The notes: a model not told the origin generated them from the letters alone. DNA of 64,000 bases from an uncultured Nitrosomonas sp. (GCA_965369175.1 CBDUPR010000002.1:60012-124011); one strand, 5' to 3'. Positions 11,064 through 22,298 are shown, counted from the first letter of the stretch. Numbers and translations are program-made.

Positions 11064-12080
11064 ATGATTAACTCATATGATATTTCAGGCAAGCTCGCGA
11101 TTGATACAAAAAATGCTGATAACTTGCGTTTATTAGCAAAGCAAAGCCCGGATCAAGGGTTGAAGGAGGCAGCAAAACAGTTCGAGGCGTTATTCATGCA
11201 CATGATGCTTAAGAGTATGCGCGAAGCAACATCAAAGGACGGGTTATTGGATAGTCAACAGACAGCATTCTATACCCAGATGCTTGATCAGCAGCTGGCG
11301 CAAAGTTTATCTTCAAAAGGAATGGGGATTGCCGATATTATGGTGCAGCAGCTGACACGTACGCTGAGTGAACCAGTGACCCCGGAAACACCTATCTCTA
11401 ACACTCAAACTATGCTTGATGTGATTGATTCCGGGGAGAAATTGATATCCATGTCATCCGAGAATCAATCTGGCTTGATTTCGCCCAGTATAAAGACTAC
11501 TGATATAAAGACTACTGATGTTTCAAGCTCAATAAGAGAATCAAATTCCACGGTGCAATCCCCATTGGCTGGACTGGAGGAGCCCGCTGCTTCATTTTCT
11601 TCATCCTTAAATCAGCCTGAAGATTTTGTAAGCCTGCTTTTGCCTCATGCAAAGCTGGCAGAGCAGGCGACAGGCATTCCCGCTCATTTCATGATTGCGC
11701 AGGCAGCATTAGAAAGTGGTTGGGGCAAACATGAGATTCGTCATGCAGATAACAGTTCAAGCTATAACCTTTTTGGTATTAAAGCGGGGAGGGATTGGAA
11801 AGGTGCCGTAGTCGAAACGGTTACTACTGAGTATATCAACGGTGTTCCTCAGAGGATGATTGAAAAATTCCGTGCTTATAACTCATTTGCAGAAGGATTT
11901 CGTGATTATGCTGATTTGCTGTTAAATAATCCGCGATATGCGGCTGTAATCAAAAACCAGGATGCAGCTGCTTTTGCTTACGGTCTGCAACAGGCAGGAT
12001 ACGCTACTGATCCAAAATATGCGGATAAACTGATACGGATACTTAACAGTAATACCTTTCGTAATCATCTAACAATTTGA
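11064..12080 (+). CDS. flgJ: flagellar rod-assembly protein / peptidoglycan hydrolase FlgJ
   Basis: 338-aa ORF. It has an N-terminal rod-binding domain (AAKQFEALFMHMMLKSMRE), a Ser/Thr-rich linker and a C-terminal glucosaminidase domain (AQAALESGWGK ... YATDPKYADKL). Confidence 0.9.
   Translation: MINSYDISGKLAIDTKNADNLRLLAKQSPDQGLKEAAKQFEALFMHMMLKSMREATSKDGLLDSQQTAFYTQMLDQQLAQSLSSKGMGIADIMVQQLTRTLSEPVTPETPISNTQTMLDVIDSGEKLISMSSENQSGLISPSIKTTDIKTTDVSSSIRESNSTVQSPLAGLEEPAASFSSSLNQPEDFVSLLLPHAKLAEQATGIPAHFMIAQAALESGWGKHEIRHADNSSSYNLFGIKAGRDWKGAVVETVTTEYINGVPQRMIEKFRAYNSFAEGFRDYADLLLNNPRYAAVIKNQDAAAFAYGLQQAGYATDPKYADKLIRILNSNTFRNHLTI
11490..11519 (+). repeat. perfect 15-bp in-frame tandem duplication (ATAAAGACTACTGAT x2) in the flgJ linker
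   Basis: Read directly from the sequence: 11490..11504 equals 11505..11519. It encodes IKTTD-IKTTD. Confidence 0.95.
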
Positions 12081-12216
12081 TTTGTAATATTTTGTTTTTA
12101 TACTGATATAGATTGTTAGTTGAATCTAAAAAAACTGCGCCTGTATTCTGTTGCTGTCGTTAAACAGAGTAGCGGAGATAGCGTGCGACTCCACATAAAA
12201 TGAGGGTGAAGAAGCC

Positions 12217-14136
12217 ATGAATAATAGTATGTTAGGTATTGGAATTTCAGGTCTGAGTACGGCTCAGACCAATTTACTAACAACGAGTCATAATATCAGC
12301 AATGCTGATACGCCAGGATTCAGTCGCCAGCAAGTGGTTCAAAATACCAACAGCCCCCAGCTTACGGCTAATGGTTTTATTGGGCGAGGCGTACAAGCAT
12401 CTACGGTGCAGCGTATTTACAGTGAATCTCTTGTCAATCAGTCATTGCAAGTACAAACACAAAGTAGTCAGCTGGATAGCCATTATGCTCAGATTAAGCA
12501 GATTGATAATTTATTGGCGAATCCCGGTTCTGGGCTATCTCCGGCACTACTCAACTTTTTTAATGCTGTACAAGATGTTGCAACGGATTCTGCATTCATT
12601 CCTTCACGGCAAGCAATGTTAAGTAATGCAGAATCTTTAATATCTCGGTTTAATGATCTGGATCAGCGTTTCACAGAAATTCGTGATCATGTTAATGAAC
12701 AGATTGTCAGTAGTGTGACAGCGATTAATTCATTATCAAAACAAATCGTAAACCTAAACCAAAATATACTTCTGGTGCAAGGTCAGGCTGGCGGTCAGCC
12801 GGCGAACGATTTGTTGGATCAGCGTGATGTGCTGACAAACCAGTTAAGTCAATTAATTAATACCAATCCCGTCCGACAGAGCGATGGTACATTCAATATT
12901 CTTATTGGAAATGGTCAGCCATTAGTGGTTGGAACACAGGCTCTGCCTCTCAAGGCAATGACTTCACCCGAAGATCCCACCGAAATGACGATTGGCCTGG
13001 CTACAACAGATAATAAATTTTCCTTACTTCCAGACAATCAGATACAAGGGGGGCGCCTGGGCGGACTATTGGCTTTTCGTGCGGATACGCTTGATAGTGC
13101 ACAAAATTCCCTTGGCAGGGTTGCAGTCGGCTTAGCACAGACTTTTAATGCACGACATCGCCTGGGGCAAGATTTAAATGGTCATATCGGCAGTGATTTC
13201 TTTACAGTTTCAGCGCCCAAGATAACCTCGGCTATGGGAAATAATCCGGCATCCAATATTTCAGCGACAATTAGGGATATCGGTATACTGACTACCAGTG
13301 ATTATCAATTTACTTTTGATGGTACAGACTATGCTTTGACACGCTTGTCTGATAAGACGTCTAATCGCTCCCCCATACCGCCTTCGGCTGCGGCACCGCT
13401 TGTGCTCGATGGTCTCAGTGTCACGGAAGCAGTTATTAATGCCAACGAGAGCTTTTTAATTCAGCCTACCCGTAATGGTGCTAAAAATATAACCCTAAAT
13501 ATTAAAGACGTATCAGAAGTTGCCGCTGCCACACCAATTCGAACCAACGCTTCGCTATCTAATACCGGAACGGGAGCTATTAGTGCAGGTACGGTCAATT
13601 CATTGCCGATTGATTCCAATCTCCAGCAACCGGTAACGATTAGATTTCATACGCCATTTGATGGCCAATTCGATGTCACTGGAACGGGCAAGTATTTGCC
13701 CGCCAGCGATCAAATTTTTACTGAGGGTGATGATATCAGCTTCAATGGCTTTACAGTGCAAATAAGTGGTAATCCAGATGCAGGCGATACATTCACAATT
13801 GGCCCCAATAATCAAGGTTATTCGGATAACCGTAATGCGCTCTTGCTGGGAGGATTACAGGCTCAAAATACCCTGGCGGGGGGTACTGCAAACTATCAAT
13901 CAGCATATGGGCAAATAGTGAGTCAAATTGGCAATAAAACCCGTGAACTGGAAGTAACCAGTAAGATGCAGGTTAATTTATTGGGCCAGATGGAACAATC
14001 CATACAATCATTATCAGGGGTTAATCTGGATGAAGAGGCTGCTAATTTAATACGCTATCAACAGGCATATCAAGCTTCCAGCAAGATAATCGAGATTGGT
14101 AATACATTGTTTGATACCTTGCTCCGAATTGGCTGA
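12217..14136 (+). CDS. flgK: flagellar hook-associated protein 1 FlgK
   Basis: 639-aa ORF. N-terminus GISGLSTAQTNLLTTSHNISNADTPGFSRQ and C-terminus SGVNLDEEAANLIRYQQAYQASSKII are typical of HAP1. Confidence 0.9.
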   Translation: MNNSMLGIGISGLSTAQTNLLTTSHNISNADTPGFSRQQVVQNTNSPQLTANGFIGRGVQASTVQRIYSESLVNQSLQVQTQSSQLDSHYAQIKQIDNLLANPGSGLSPALLNFFNAVQDVATDSAFIPSRQAMLSNAESLISRFNDLDQRFTEIRDHVNEQIVSSVTAINSLSKQIVNLNQNILLVQGQAGGQPANDLLDQRDVLTNQLSQLINTNPVRQSDGTFNILIGNGQPLVVGTQALPLKAMTSPEDPTEMTIGLATTDNKFSLLPDNQIQGGRLGGLLAFRADTLDSAQNSLGRVAVGLAQTFNARHRLGQDLNGHIGSDFFTVSAPKITSAMGNNPASNISATIRDIGILTTSDYQFTFDGTDYALTRLSDKTSNRSPIPPSAAAPLVLDGLSVTEAVINANESFLIQPTRNGAKNITLNIKDVSEVAAATPIRTNASLSNTGTGAISAGTVNSLPIDSNLQQPVTIRFHTPFDGQFDVTGTGKYLPASDQIFTEGDDISFNGFTVQISGNPDAGDTFTIGPNNQGYSDNRNALLLGGLQAQNTLAGGTANYQSAYGQIVSQIGNKTRELEVTSKMQVNLLGQMEQSIQSLSGVNLDEEAANLIRYQQAYQASSKIIEIGNTLFDTLLRIG

Positions 14137-14162
14137 TTATGATTAGAAAATAGGTGAATATT

Positions 14163-15371
14163 ATGCGTGTAAGTACAGCGACTATTTTTGATAAGGGCAC
14201 GAATACACTACTGCAGCACCAGGAAACTTTATTTAGAACACAACAACAAGTATCTACTGGCAAGCGCATCCTGACTCCTGCGGATGATCCGGTTGGGGCA
14301 GCTCGGGCATTGGCTATTACTCAGGCTGATTCATTAAATACACAATATTCGGTGAACCGGGATAATGCAATGTCATCACTCGGTTTGCTAGAAAATGTTT
14401 TGAAGGAAGCAACAACGCTGATTCAAAGTGTTCACACGATTGCTATTACTGCAGGCAATCCGGCGCTCTCAGACGCAGACAGAAAGAGTATTGGGATCGA
14501 ATTGCGTGGTAAATTAGATACATTAGCTGGCTTGGCAAATAGCAAGGATGGATTAGGGCAATTTTTATTTTCTGGCTTTCAGGGCAATACCAAACCTTTT
14601 ACTCAGACTAAGGATGGCGTGCAATATAATGGAGACCAGGGACAACGTTTGATTCAAGTCAGCGAAACACGTCAGCTTGCGGTGAATAATTCCGGGGTGG
14701 ATATCTTTGAACGAATCAAAAATGGTAACGGTGTTTTTACTACGGCGGCTGATACGAATAACAAGGGCAGTGGAATAATTGATGCTGGAACGGTTATTAC
14801 TCCTGCTGGTTTAACGGGTGGTGATTATCAAATTATCTTTACGGTTGAAGCCGATGTCACCACATATGATATTTTGGATACGACGGCGAACGCTGTCCTT
14901 GTAACAGGTAATCCTTACACGAATGGTGATACTATTCAGTTTGATGGCATGAAACTGGGTATTAGTGGTGTTCCCGCCAATGGTGATCGGTTTACTGTAT
15001 CACCCAGCACCAATCAAAGTTTATTTAAAACTGTCAATGACTTACTTGATGTGGTAGAAAGACCGGCAAGTCTCCCATCTGGCGAGACCAGACTGACAAA
15101 TGGCTTGAATACCGCACTACAGAATATAAATCATGGTCTGGACCATATTCTTGCTGTACGTGCATCGGTGGGTACACGGTTACAGGAAGTCGATGCACTG
15201 CGGAATATGGGTGATGATTTGAAAATTCAGTTCCAGCAATCGCTTTCACAGATCCAGGATGTCGATTACGCAGAAGCAATATCTAACCTGACTCAACAGA
15301 AACTATATCTCGAAGCAGCGCAAAAGTCATTTATGACTGCATCAAACCTATCTTTATTCAACTTATTATAA
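14163..15371 (+). CDS. flgL: flagellar hook-associated protein 3 FlgL
   Basis: Flagellin-like N-terminus (MRVSTATIFDKG ... GKRILTPADDPVGAARAL) and C-terminus, directly after flgK. The ATG at 14163 is preferred over the GTG at 14154. Confidence 0.85.
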   Translation: MRVSTATIFDKGTNTLLQHQETLFRTQQQVSTGKRILTPADDPVGAARALAITQADSLNTQYSVNRDNAMSSLGLLENVLKEATTLIQSVHTIAITAGNPALSDADRKSIGIELRGKLDTLAGLANSKDGLGQFLFSGFQGNTKPFTQTKDGVQYNGDQGQRLIQVSETRQLAVNNSGVDIFERIKNGNGVFTTAADTNNKGSGIIDAGTVITPAGLTGGDYQIIFTVEADVTTYDILDTTANAVLVTGNPYTNGDTIQFDGMKLGISGVPANGDRFTVSPSTNQSLFKTVNDLLDVVERPASLPSGETRLTNGLNTALQNINHGLDHILAVRASVGTRLQEVDALRNMGDDLKIQFQQSLSQIQDVDYAEAISNLTQQKLYLEAAQKSFMTASNLSLFNLL

Positions 15372-15734
15372 CGATCTCGATCTATCTGTTATTTATCGCC
15401 GATACATTATGTTAAATAACGGAGGAAAGTGAAAGTCCGAACAGATTAATTTCAGGCTTAATAACAACGATAGATTATTGTAACATATTGTTTTTACTTA
15501 ACATATCATACATGTTGTCGATGTATTAATATTTTTCCTATTAAATCAGTAATTTGTCTTGTGTGTCAGCGCTTGATTTTCGCTGTCAGATGATTATGCA
15601 TTCACGAAATGTGGTTTTTATAGTTTTGGGGTATACTCCGCTGTTAAATATCTACTATGTGGGTATTTTGTACGACTGTTATTCAGAATAATGAATAATA
15701 TAGAATGTAAAACGGCATTAGCTAAGGAGAATTT

Positions 15735-16190
15735 ATGCGTAAAAAAGTAACCAATATCTTATTACTCGTATTAATACAGGCAATATCAATTTCTGTTTTT
15801 GCTGCTGTAGAGCCAACGGCACCACCCATAATAGATGCTGATGAGAAGGCTTCGGAACCACTAGACAGTGGTGTAGGTTGGCAGCTTATGAAATCATTAC
15901 CAATGGGCAAGTCAGGAAAATCGATTTACATGGTATTGGTTGATCATAATCAATATACTGATAAGACAATTTACAGCGCGGCAATTAATCGGTTATGTCG
16001 ATCCGAGAAAGAGTTCTGCAGAATTAGATTCTGGAGCAATAAGCGTTTTCTACCAGAAAAGGCTTCTATGACTCCACTCCAATATAAAGAATTAAGAGCT
16101 GAGTATACATTCAATAGCGCAGCCGGCATTCTTCAAACACAATGGTCTTGTAGCGTTGATCCTGACAAGAGCCATTGTGTCGAACACTAA
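15735..16190 (+). CDS. hypothetical secreted protein
   Basis: 151-aa ORF preceded by AAGGAG, with a clear signal peptide (ILLLVLIQAISISVFA) and four Cys residues. I recognise no family. Confidence 0.55.
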   Translation: MRKKVTNILLLVLIQAISISVFAAVEPTAPPIIDADEKASEPLDSGVGWQLMKSLPMGKSGKSIYMVLVDHNQYTDKTIYSAAINRLCRSEKEFCRIRFWSNKRFLPEKASMTPLQYKELRAEYTFNSAAGILQTQWSCSVDPDKSHCVEH

Positions 16191-16244
16191 TAACTGCCTT
16201 TAATACGAATAGAAGGGATAAGCAGTTAAACAATTTATATTTTA

Positions 16245-17705
16245 TTAAATATGTAACGCTCGCTTATCCACCCCCAGTGCGGCTTCATGTAATACTTCCG
16301 ATAATGAAGGATGCGCATGAACGATACAGGCAATATCTTGGCTGGTCGCTGAAAATTCCATCGCTGTAACTGCTTCTGAAATGAGTTCTGATACATGAGG
16401 TCCAATCATGTGAACGCCGAGGATACGATCACTTGTTTCATCTGCCAACACTTTAATAAAACCATTTGTTTCGCCCATAGCCCGTGCACGCCCATTAGCA
16501 ATAAAAGGAAATTGGCCTGTTTTATAGTTAATCCCCATTGTTTTTAATTCTTGTTCTGTTTTGCCCACCCATGCGATCTCTGGCGAGGTATATATGACCC
16601 ATGGGATGGTATCAAGACGAACCTTCTGAGGCTCGCCTCCTTGTCCTTTTTCTTTTGCTATAATCGCTTCGGCAACCGAGACGCCTTCTTCAGACGCTTT
16701 ATGCGCTAACATTGGTCCACGTACTACGTCACCAACCGCATAGACGTTTGGTAAATTAGTCTGGCAAAAATGATCAACGATAATATAGCCTCGCTCATCT
16801 AGTTTAAGCCCATTTTTCTCTGCTCCTAATTCGGCTGTATTGGGGATACGGCCAACTGCAATAATTAACTTATCAATTTCTAATTTTTGTGGATTATTTC
16901 CAGCGTCAGTATATTCCACCAGGATATCTTTCTTACGAGCATCCACCGCTGTGATCTTGACTCCCGTTTTAATCAATAACCCCGGTTCCTTACTAAATAT
17001 TTTTTGTGCCTCTTTTGCTATTTGTTGGTCAGCAGCCATAAGAAACTCGGGAGCCGCTTCAAGAATCGTCACTTCAGAACCCAGCCTTCGCCAAACACTG
17101 CCCATCTCTAAACCAATTACCCCCGCTCCGATAACGCCCAGACGCGAGGGGATTTCAGTTAATGCTAATGCGCCAGCGTTATCCAATATCAGTTTGTTAT
17201 CTATGGGCGCAATTGGCAGTGGTCGTGGAATCGATCCAGTCGCAAGAATGACGTATCTGGCTTGGACTGTTTTTACTTCATGAGTATCTTTTATTTCAAT
17301 TTTCCAGGCCCGATCATTTTCCGCGCGTTTAAGTAATGTCCCCTTGCCATGTATAGATGTTATTTTATTCTTTTTAAACAATGAAGCGATGCCGCTTGTA
17401 AACGTAGTGACTATTTTATCCTTACGCGCAATCATGGTAGGAACATCTACTGATACGTCTGGAATCTTAATTCCGTGTGATGAGAACTTGTTTACTGCAC
17501 GGTAAAAATTATCTGTAGATTCCAATAATGCTTTAGATGGAATACAACCGACATTGAGGCAGGTGCCACCAAGACTCGCTCTGCCTTTTTCGTTTTTCCA
17601 GTCATCGATACAGACCGTATTAAGACCCAGCTGTGAGCAACGAATCGCGGCTACATAACCGCCAGGACCTGCTCCAATTATGGCTACATCAAAAGATTCA
17701 GACAT
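16245..17705 (-). CDS. lpdA: dihydrolipoyl dehydrogenase (E3)
   Basis: 486-aa ORF with GAGPGGY FAD motif, redox-active disulfide GGTCLNVGCIPSK and the C-terminal HAHPSLSE interface motif. Confidence 0.95.
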   Translation of the reverse strand: MSESFDVAIIGAGPGGYVAAIRCSQLGLNTVCIDDWKNEKGRASLGGTCLNVGCIPSKALLESTDNFYRAVNKFSSHGIKIPDVSVDVPTMIARKDKIVTTFTSGIASLFKKNKITSIHGKGTLLKRAENDRAWKIEIKDTHEVKTVQARYVILATGSIPRPLPIAPIDNKLILDNAGALALTEIPSRLGVIGAGVIGLEMGSVWRRLGSEVTILEAAPEFLMAADQQIAKEAQKIFSKEPGLLIKTGVKITAVDARKKDILVEYTDAGNNPQKLEIDKLIIAVGRIPNTAELGAEKNGLKLDERGYIIVDHFCQTNLPNVYAVGDVVRGPMLAHKASEEGVSVAEAIIAKEKGQGGEPQKVRLDTIPWVIYTSPEIAWVGKTEQELKTMGINYKTGQFPFIANGRARAMGETNGFIKVLADETSDRILGVHMIGPHVSELISEAVTAMEFSATSQDIACIVHAHPSLSEVLHEAALGVDKRALHI

Positions 17706-17974
17706 ATTAAGACCTTATGAAATTTATGATTAAAGTAAACAAATATAAGAGAAAAAAGCCATCATATAAATCGAATTATATAGTTGGCAATTATGACATG
17801 ACGGAAGGGATTAATACTGATACAAAGTAAGCTGTATCCGCTGATGGTATAGAAAATATATTCTGCGGGCAGTATCTATAAAGCGATACTCTATTTCATC
17901 ATAATACCAGGCTGTTATTGCGATTTGAAATGATAGCTGTTAGCGGATTATGCCGTTAGAATGCTTATCCTTCA

Positions 17975-19003
17975 CTATTTGCACTCAATACGACTAATTT
18001 TTTTGACTGCTTCAATATAATCAGTATTTTCACGTAATTTGTTCATTGAATTAAAACGACGCCTTTCGTGTATATGGTTAAGCCGCATAATGCTGGCGGC
18101 AGAGACATTCCACTGCAACTTTGCCAACAACTGATCTGCAGCCTGCGAATCATTACAGGCCAATACCATATCACAACCTGCATTAAGTGAAGCCTGTGCA
18201 CGCCGATCTATCGTATCGAAATATGCGGCGCCCTGCATACTTAGATCATCGCTAAAAATACAGCCATCAAATCGTAATTTTCCTCGCAAAATATTTTCTA
18301 GCCATATGCGGGAAAAACCAACAGGATATTTATCCACTTTTGGATAAATAATATGTGCTGACATAATACCTGCGAGTCCAAAATCTATCATTTGTCGAAA
18401 TGGAATTAAGTCACCTGCCTCAATATCAGCATAGGTGCGATTATCAACTGATTCTTCAGTATGTGAATCCGCCTGAATATAGCCATGGCCAGGAAAATGT
18501 TTTCCTATTGCTATCATGCCGGCTGATTCTAGACCGGACATGAGATTATGAGCAAGTTCAGTGATTACATATGGGTTGTGATGAAAAGCTCTGTCGCCAA
18601 TAACACCGCTTTGCCCATGATCAGCATCGAGTACTGGTGTGAAGCTAAAATCTATGCCACAAGCATTTAACTCTGTTGCGATTACATAGCCTATTTGCCG
18701 TGCTAGGTCTCGTGCATGATCTGGGTGCGTATCCCAAATTCTACCCAGCTCACGCATGGCTGGTAACGGCGTAAAATCTTTGCGGAAACGTTGTACCCGC
18801 CCTCCTTCATGATCTATTGCGATGAATAGGGGGGGATTTCTTAAAGCATGTATCTCGGTTGTTAATTTTATTAGCTGTGTATAGGACGCGTAGTTACGAG
18901 TAAATAGAATGACGCCGCCAGTTAATGGGTGCTGGAGTCTCTTTTTATCGCTGGCAGTGAGTTGTGTCCCCTCTATATCGAGCATGACAGGTCCGAGCAA
19001 CAT
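17975..19003 (-). CDS. nagZ: beta-N-acetylhexosaminidase NagZ (GH3)
   Basis: GH3 motifs ([28 protein letters not shown]). The Met at 19003 ([12 protein letters not shown]) abuts the acpS stop. The 10-residue upstream extension overlaps acpS. Confidence 0.9.
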   Translation of the reverse strand: MLLGPVMLDIEGTQLTASDKKRLQHPLTGGVILFTRNYASYTQLIKLTTEIHALRNPPLFIAIDHEGGRVQRFRKDFTPLPAMRELGRIWDTHPDHARDLARQIGYVIATELNACGIDFSFTPVLDADHGQSGVIGDRAFHHNPYVITELAHNLMSGLESAGMIAIGKHFPGHGYIQADSHTEESVDNRTYADIEAGDLIPFRQMIDFGLAGIMSAHIIYPKVDKYPVGFSRIWLENILRGKLRFDGCIFSDDLSMQGAAYFDTIDRRAQASLNAGCDMVLACNDSQAADQLLAKLQWNVSAASIMRLNHIHERRRFNSMNKLRENTDYIEAVKKISRIECK

Positions 19004-19005
19004 CG

Positions 19006-19383
19006 CTATTTTTCCAAAATAACAAAGGCACAAGCCAAACTTATTTCATCGCTGATGGAAAGAAAATGATTCTTAATTCCCTGGTTATTAATGAATCTTT
19101 CAAGATCGTCATGAAATTTAAAATAGGGTTTTCCCAGAGAATCGTGCGTTACCTGAATATAATTAAAATTCACAGGATGCCGTAAACCTGTTCCAATCGC
19201 TTTAGAAAAGGCTTCTTTAGCGGCAAAACGGCTTGCCAGAAACATAACCGGTTTGCTGCTACTGCCATATTCAGCGTATTCCGGATCTGTTAATATGCGT
19301 TTGATAAAGCGTTCCCCATATTTTTCTAGAGAATTTTCAATACGCGCTGGCTCGACCAGGTCGGTCCCAATTCCATAGATCAT
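19006..19383 (-). CDS. acpS: holo-[acyl-carrier-protein] synthase
   Basis: 125-aa ORF starting [15 protein letters not shown], with [10 protein letters not shown]. It sits downstream of pdxJ as in E. coli. Confidence 0.9.
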   Translation of the reverse strand: MIYGIGTDLVEPARIENSLEKYGERFIKRILTDPEYAEYGSSSKPVMFLASRFAAKEAFSKAIGTGLRHPVNFNYIQVTHDSLGKPYFKFHDDLERFINNQGIKNHFLSISDEISLACAFVILEK

Positions 19384-20105
19384 TAGGATGCCTCAAGGAT
19401 TAGTGTTTTCATTTCCCGTACCGCTTGCTCAAAGCCAACGAAAATAGAATGAGCAACGATGGCATGGCCAATATTAAGTTCAGAAATGCCAGTTATCGCT
19501 GCAATGGGTTGTACATTCCGATAATGTAATCCATGCCCTGCATTCACTTGCAGCCCTTGATTATTACCATAAATGACTGCTTGATGAATATCAAGCAGCT
19601 CTTTTTTTTGTATTTCTTCAGTTTTAGCATCGGCATAACAGCCCGTATGAATTTCAATGGCTGGCGCGCCAGTTCTTGCGGCCGCATCAATTTGTGCTTG
19701 ATCGGCATTAATAAATAATGAGACACGAATATCTGCTTCTGCCAATCGACCACAGGCACGCTTCACTTGTTCAAAATGTCTGATTACGTCAAGACCGCCT
19801 TCTGTTGTTAATTCTTCTCGTCGCTCTGGAACCAGACAAACATCATGCGGTTTAATATAGAGTGCAAAATTGATCATTTCATCAGTTACTGCACTCTCCA
19901 GGTTCATACGGGTTTTAAGCACACCTCGCAAGATCTCAACATCTCTGTCTTGAATATGACGTCGATCCTCACGTAAATGTAATGTGATTGCATCTGCACC
20001 AGCAGATTCTGCAATCAATGCAACATCAATTGGGCTAGGGTATGTCGTGCCTCGGGCTTGCCTTAAAGTTGCAACATGGTCAATATTGACACCCAACTTA
20101 ATCAT
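19383..20105 (-). CDS. pdxJ: pyridoxine 5'-phosphate synthase
   Basis: 240-aa ORF starting [19 protein letters not shown], with EIHTGCYA and NAGHGL motifs. There is a 1-nt overlap with the acpS start. Confidence 0.95.
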   Translation of the reverse strand: MIKLGVNIDHVATLRQARGTTYPSPIDVALIAESAGADAITLHLREDRRHIQDRDVEILRGVLKTRMNLESAVTDEMINFALYIKPHDVCLVPERREELTTEGGLDVIRHFEQVKRACGRLAEADIRVSLFINADQAQIDAAARTGAPAIEIHTGCYADAKTEEIQKKELLDIHQAVIYGNNQGLQVNAGHGLHYRNVQPIAAITGISELNIGHAIVAHSIFVGFEQAVREMKTLILEAS

Positions 20106-20196
20106 ACTGGTTATCGCTCCCTTGAAATCTAATATTGGTTATACTTAGAGAAAGTGAATGAGTGTGGGCGCTAATAATCATTTTTCTATATGGCAG

Positions 20197-21090
20197 TTAA
20201 TCATATCCTAAGGTTTTTAATATAGTTGCATTGTCGGCCCAGCCATTCCTGATCTTAACCCAGACTTCCAAGAATACCTTGTCACCAAAAAGCCTTTCCA
20301 TATCTTTACGTGCCTGTGTGGCGATTGCCTTAAGATTTTCTCCATTTTTACCAATAATAATCGCCTTCTGATTGGCCTTTTCCACAATAATGGCAGCACT
20401 GATTCTGCGCAAATGGCCATCCAGTTTAAACTGATCTATCACAACGCTTGCTGAGTATGGAATCTCTTCTCCTGTTAAGCGAAATAGCTTCTCGCGTAAT
20501 AGTTCAGCAGCATGAAAACGTTCGTTTCGATCGGTAATCGTATCTTCATCAAATAGAGGCAAATTTTCTGGTAAATATGAACGAGTAATATCGATTAATA
20601 CGGATAGCTGATTTTTTTTGGCAGCGCTGACTGGTATGATTGCAGCAAAAGTAAATAATCTGGACATTTCCTCAAGAAATGGAAGTAATCGTTTTTTATC
20701 AGCTAATTTGTCAATCTTATTAATGACCAGAATCACAGGTTTATTTGCGGGTAACAACTTGAGTATTAAGTGGTCACGATTATCGAATCGCATTGCTTCG
20801 ACCACGAACAACACGATATCCACATCTTGTATACTCTGTGTAACAACGCGATTCATAGCGCTATTTAATTGATTCGTATATTGATTTTGAAAACCAGGCG
20901 TATCGACAAAAATAAATTGGAATTGCTGATCGGTGAGAATGCCATTGATGCGATAACGAGTAGTTTGTGCTTTTCGAGAAGTAATGCTTATTTTCTGCTT
21001 AATCAGGCCATTTAACAGTGTAGATTTGCCAACGTTCGGACGCCCTACAATAGCGATATAACCTGTATGATGATTAGTATGCGTGATCAT
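20197..21090 (-). CDS. era: GTPase Era
   Basis: 297-aa ORF with G1 [10 protein letters not shown]3 DTPG, G4 NKID and a C-terminal KH domain. Confidence 0.95.
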   Translation of the reverse strand: MITHTNHHTGYIAIVGRPNVGKSTLLNGLIKQKISITSRKAQTTRYRINGILTDQQFQFIFVDTPGFQNQYTNQLNSAMNRVVTQSIQDVDIVLFVVEAMRFDNRDHLILKLLPANKPVILVINKIDKLADKKRLLPFLEEMSRLFTFAAIIPVSAAKKNQLSVLIDITRSYLPENLPLFDEDTITDRNERFHAAELLREKLFRLTGEEIPYSASVVIDQFKLDGHLRRISAAIIVEKANQKAIIIGKNGENLKAIATQARKDMERLFGDKVFLEVWVKIRNGWADNATILKTLGYD

Positions 21091-21172
21091 ACGGGTAAAT
21101 AGTTGTTATTTTCGAAAGCAAGCTTCATATGGATAGAATGTTTTGAAAGGGATGTGGTTCTGCTTGTTTCAA

Positions 21173-21862
21173 TTAAACAAGAATGATTTGTTCGTATGCC
21201 TGTTTGGCTGCGGCTTGTTCTGCGCTACGCCGACTAGCGCCCTCCCCTAAGGTGCGGATATTAAATTTTGATACAACACACGCTACCTTGAATTTCTGCT
21301 GATGTGCTTCACCAATTGTAGTGACAACGGAATATTCTGGTAATGCCAGTTTATGGGCCTGTAGAAATTCTTGTAGCAATGTTTTAGGGTCTTTGCCGAG
21401 CGTTACTGAATTTAGATTCTGCAGCATGGGCATGTAAAGTGCAGCGACAACTTTTTCAGCTTCTGCAAAGCTGCTATCAAGATAAATTGCTCCCAATACA
21501 GCTTCTAATGTGTCAGCCAGTATAGATGGACGGCGACAACCGCCACTCTTAAGCTCTCCTTCACCGAGTCTAATGAGTTCACCCAGGTTGAGGGTAAGTG
21601 CTAATTGAGATAGTGTTCGCTGGTTGACCAGGTTAGCACGCAGTCGAGATAAATCACCCTCAGGAAGTTCTGGGAAGTGCTTAAAAATTAATCCAGCAAC
21701 GGAACAGTTTAATATACTGTCACCAAGAAACTCGAGGCGTTCATTATGTGAAGCGCTATGACTGCGATGAGTCAATGCCACGTGTAGAAATGTGGATTGA
21801 TTGAAAACATATCCTATTTTCCGGCAAAATTCAGCTTGCCGCATTGTCTTATTAATTTGCAT
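21173..21862 (-). CDS. rnc: ribonuclease III
   Basis: 229-aa ORF with the RNase III signature ERLEFLGDSIL and a C-terminal dsRBD (SRRSAEQAAAKQA). Confidence 0.95.
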   Translation of the reverse strand: MQINKTMRQAEFCRKIGYVFNQSTFLHVALTHRSHSASHNERLEFLGDSILNCSVAGLIFKHFPELPEGDLSRLRANLVNQRTLSQLALTLNLGELIRLGEGELKSGGCRRPSILADTLEAVLGAIYLDSSFAEAEKVVAALYMPMLQNLNSVTLGKDPKTLLQEFLQAHKLALPEYSVVTTIGEAHQQKFKVACVVSKFNIRTLGEGASRRSAEQAAAKQAYEQIILV

Positions 21863-21895
21863 TATGTGTGTTATGCATTCGAATCTTACAAGTAA

Positions 21896-22273
21896 CTAAT
21901 AACCAGAGCTATTTGCAGTATCGAAATCAAGATATAACGATATATTCGCAGCCAGCGGTATTTTTACGAAATAGTTAACAGTAAGAATTCTACGCCCATC
22001 TTTTTGACTAATTTTAATATCACGTCCATTTATGACATTAATATTATCTATTTGTGCCCGTTTATTAAATGATTGCCGGATTTCATTAACTGTTGCATTC
22101 TCCAGGTTTGAGTCATTGGTTATCGAAGTTAATGTTTTCTTGATTGAGGCATATTCTATATAAGCCGGTATTAATTTCATTCCAAGAATAGAAATGAGAA
22201 CGAGTGTTCCAGACCAGACTAACAAGCGAGGCAGACTAACTCCTTTCTGTTTTTCAATTGAGCGATAAAGCAT
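21896..22273 (-). CDS. small membrane-anchored protein (DUF4845-like) between lepB and rnc
   Basis: ORF with a single N-terminal TM segment (LLVWSGTLVLISILGMKLIPAYI). The Met at 22273 avoids overlap with lepB. The family assignment is from memory of the betaproteobacterial lepB-rnc spacer gene. Confidence 0.55.
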   Translation of the reverse strand: MLYRSIEKQKGVSLPRLLVWSGTLVLISILGMKLIPAYIEYASIKKTLTSITNDSNLENATVNEIRQSFNKRAQIDNINVINGRDIKISQKDGRRILTVNYFVKIPLAANISLYLDFDTANSSGY

Positions 22274-22298
22274 ATGTTTTTCCCGGAAATAGCTTTTA

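Noticed and set aside
15398-15405. GCCGATAC just after flgL, considered as a sigma-28 -10 element
   Set aside because: No TAAA-type -35 element lies 11-12 nt upstream, and no nearby downstream gene exists for it to drive.
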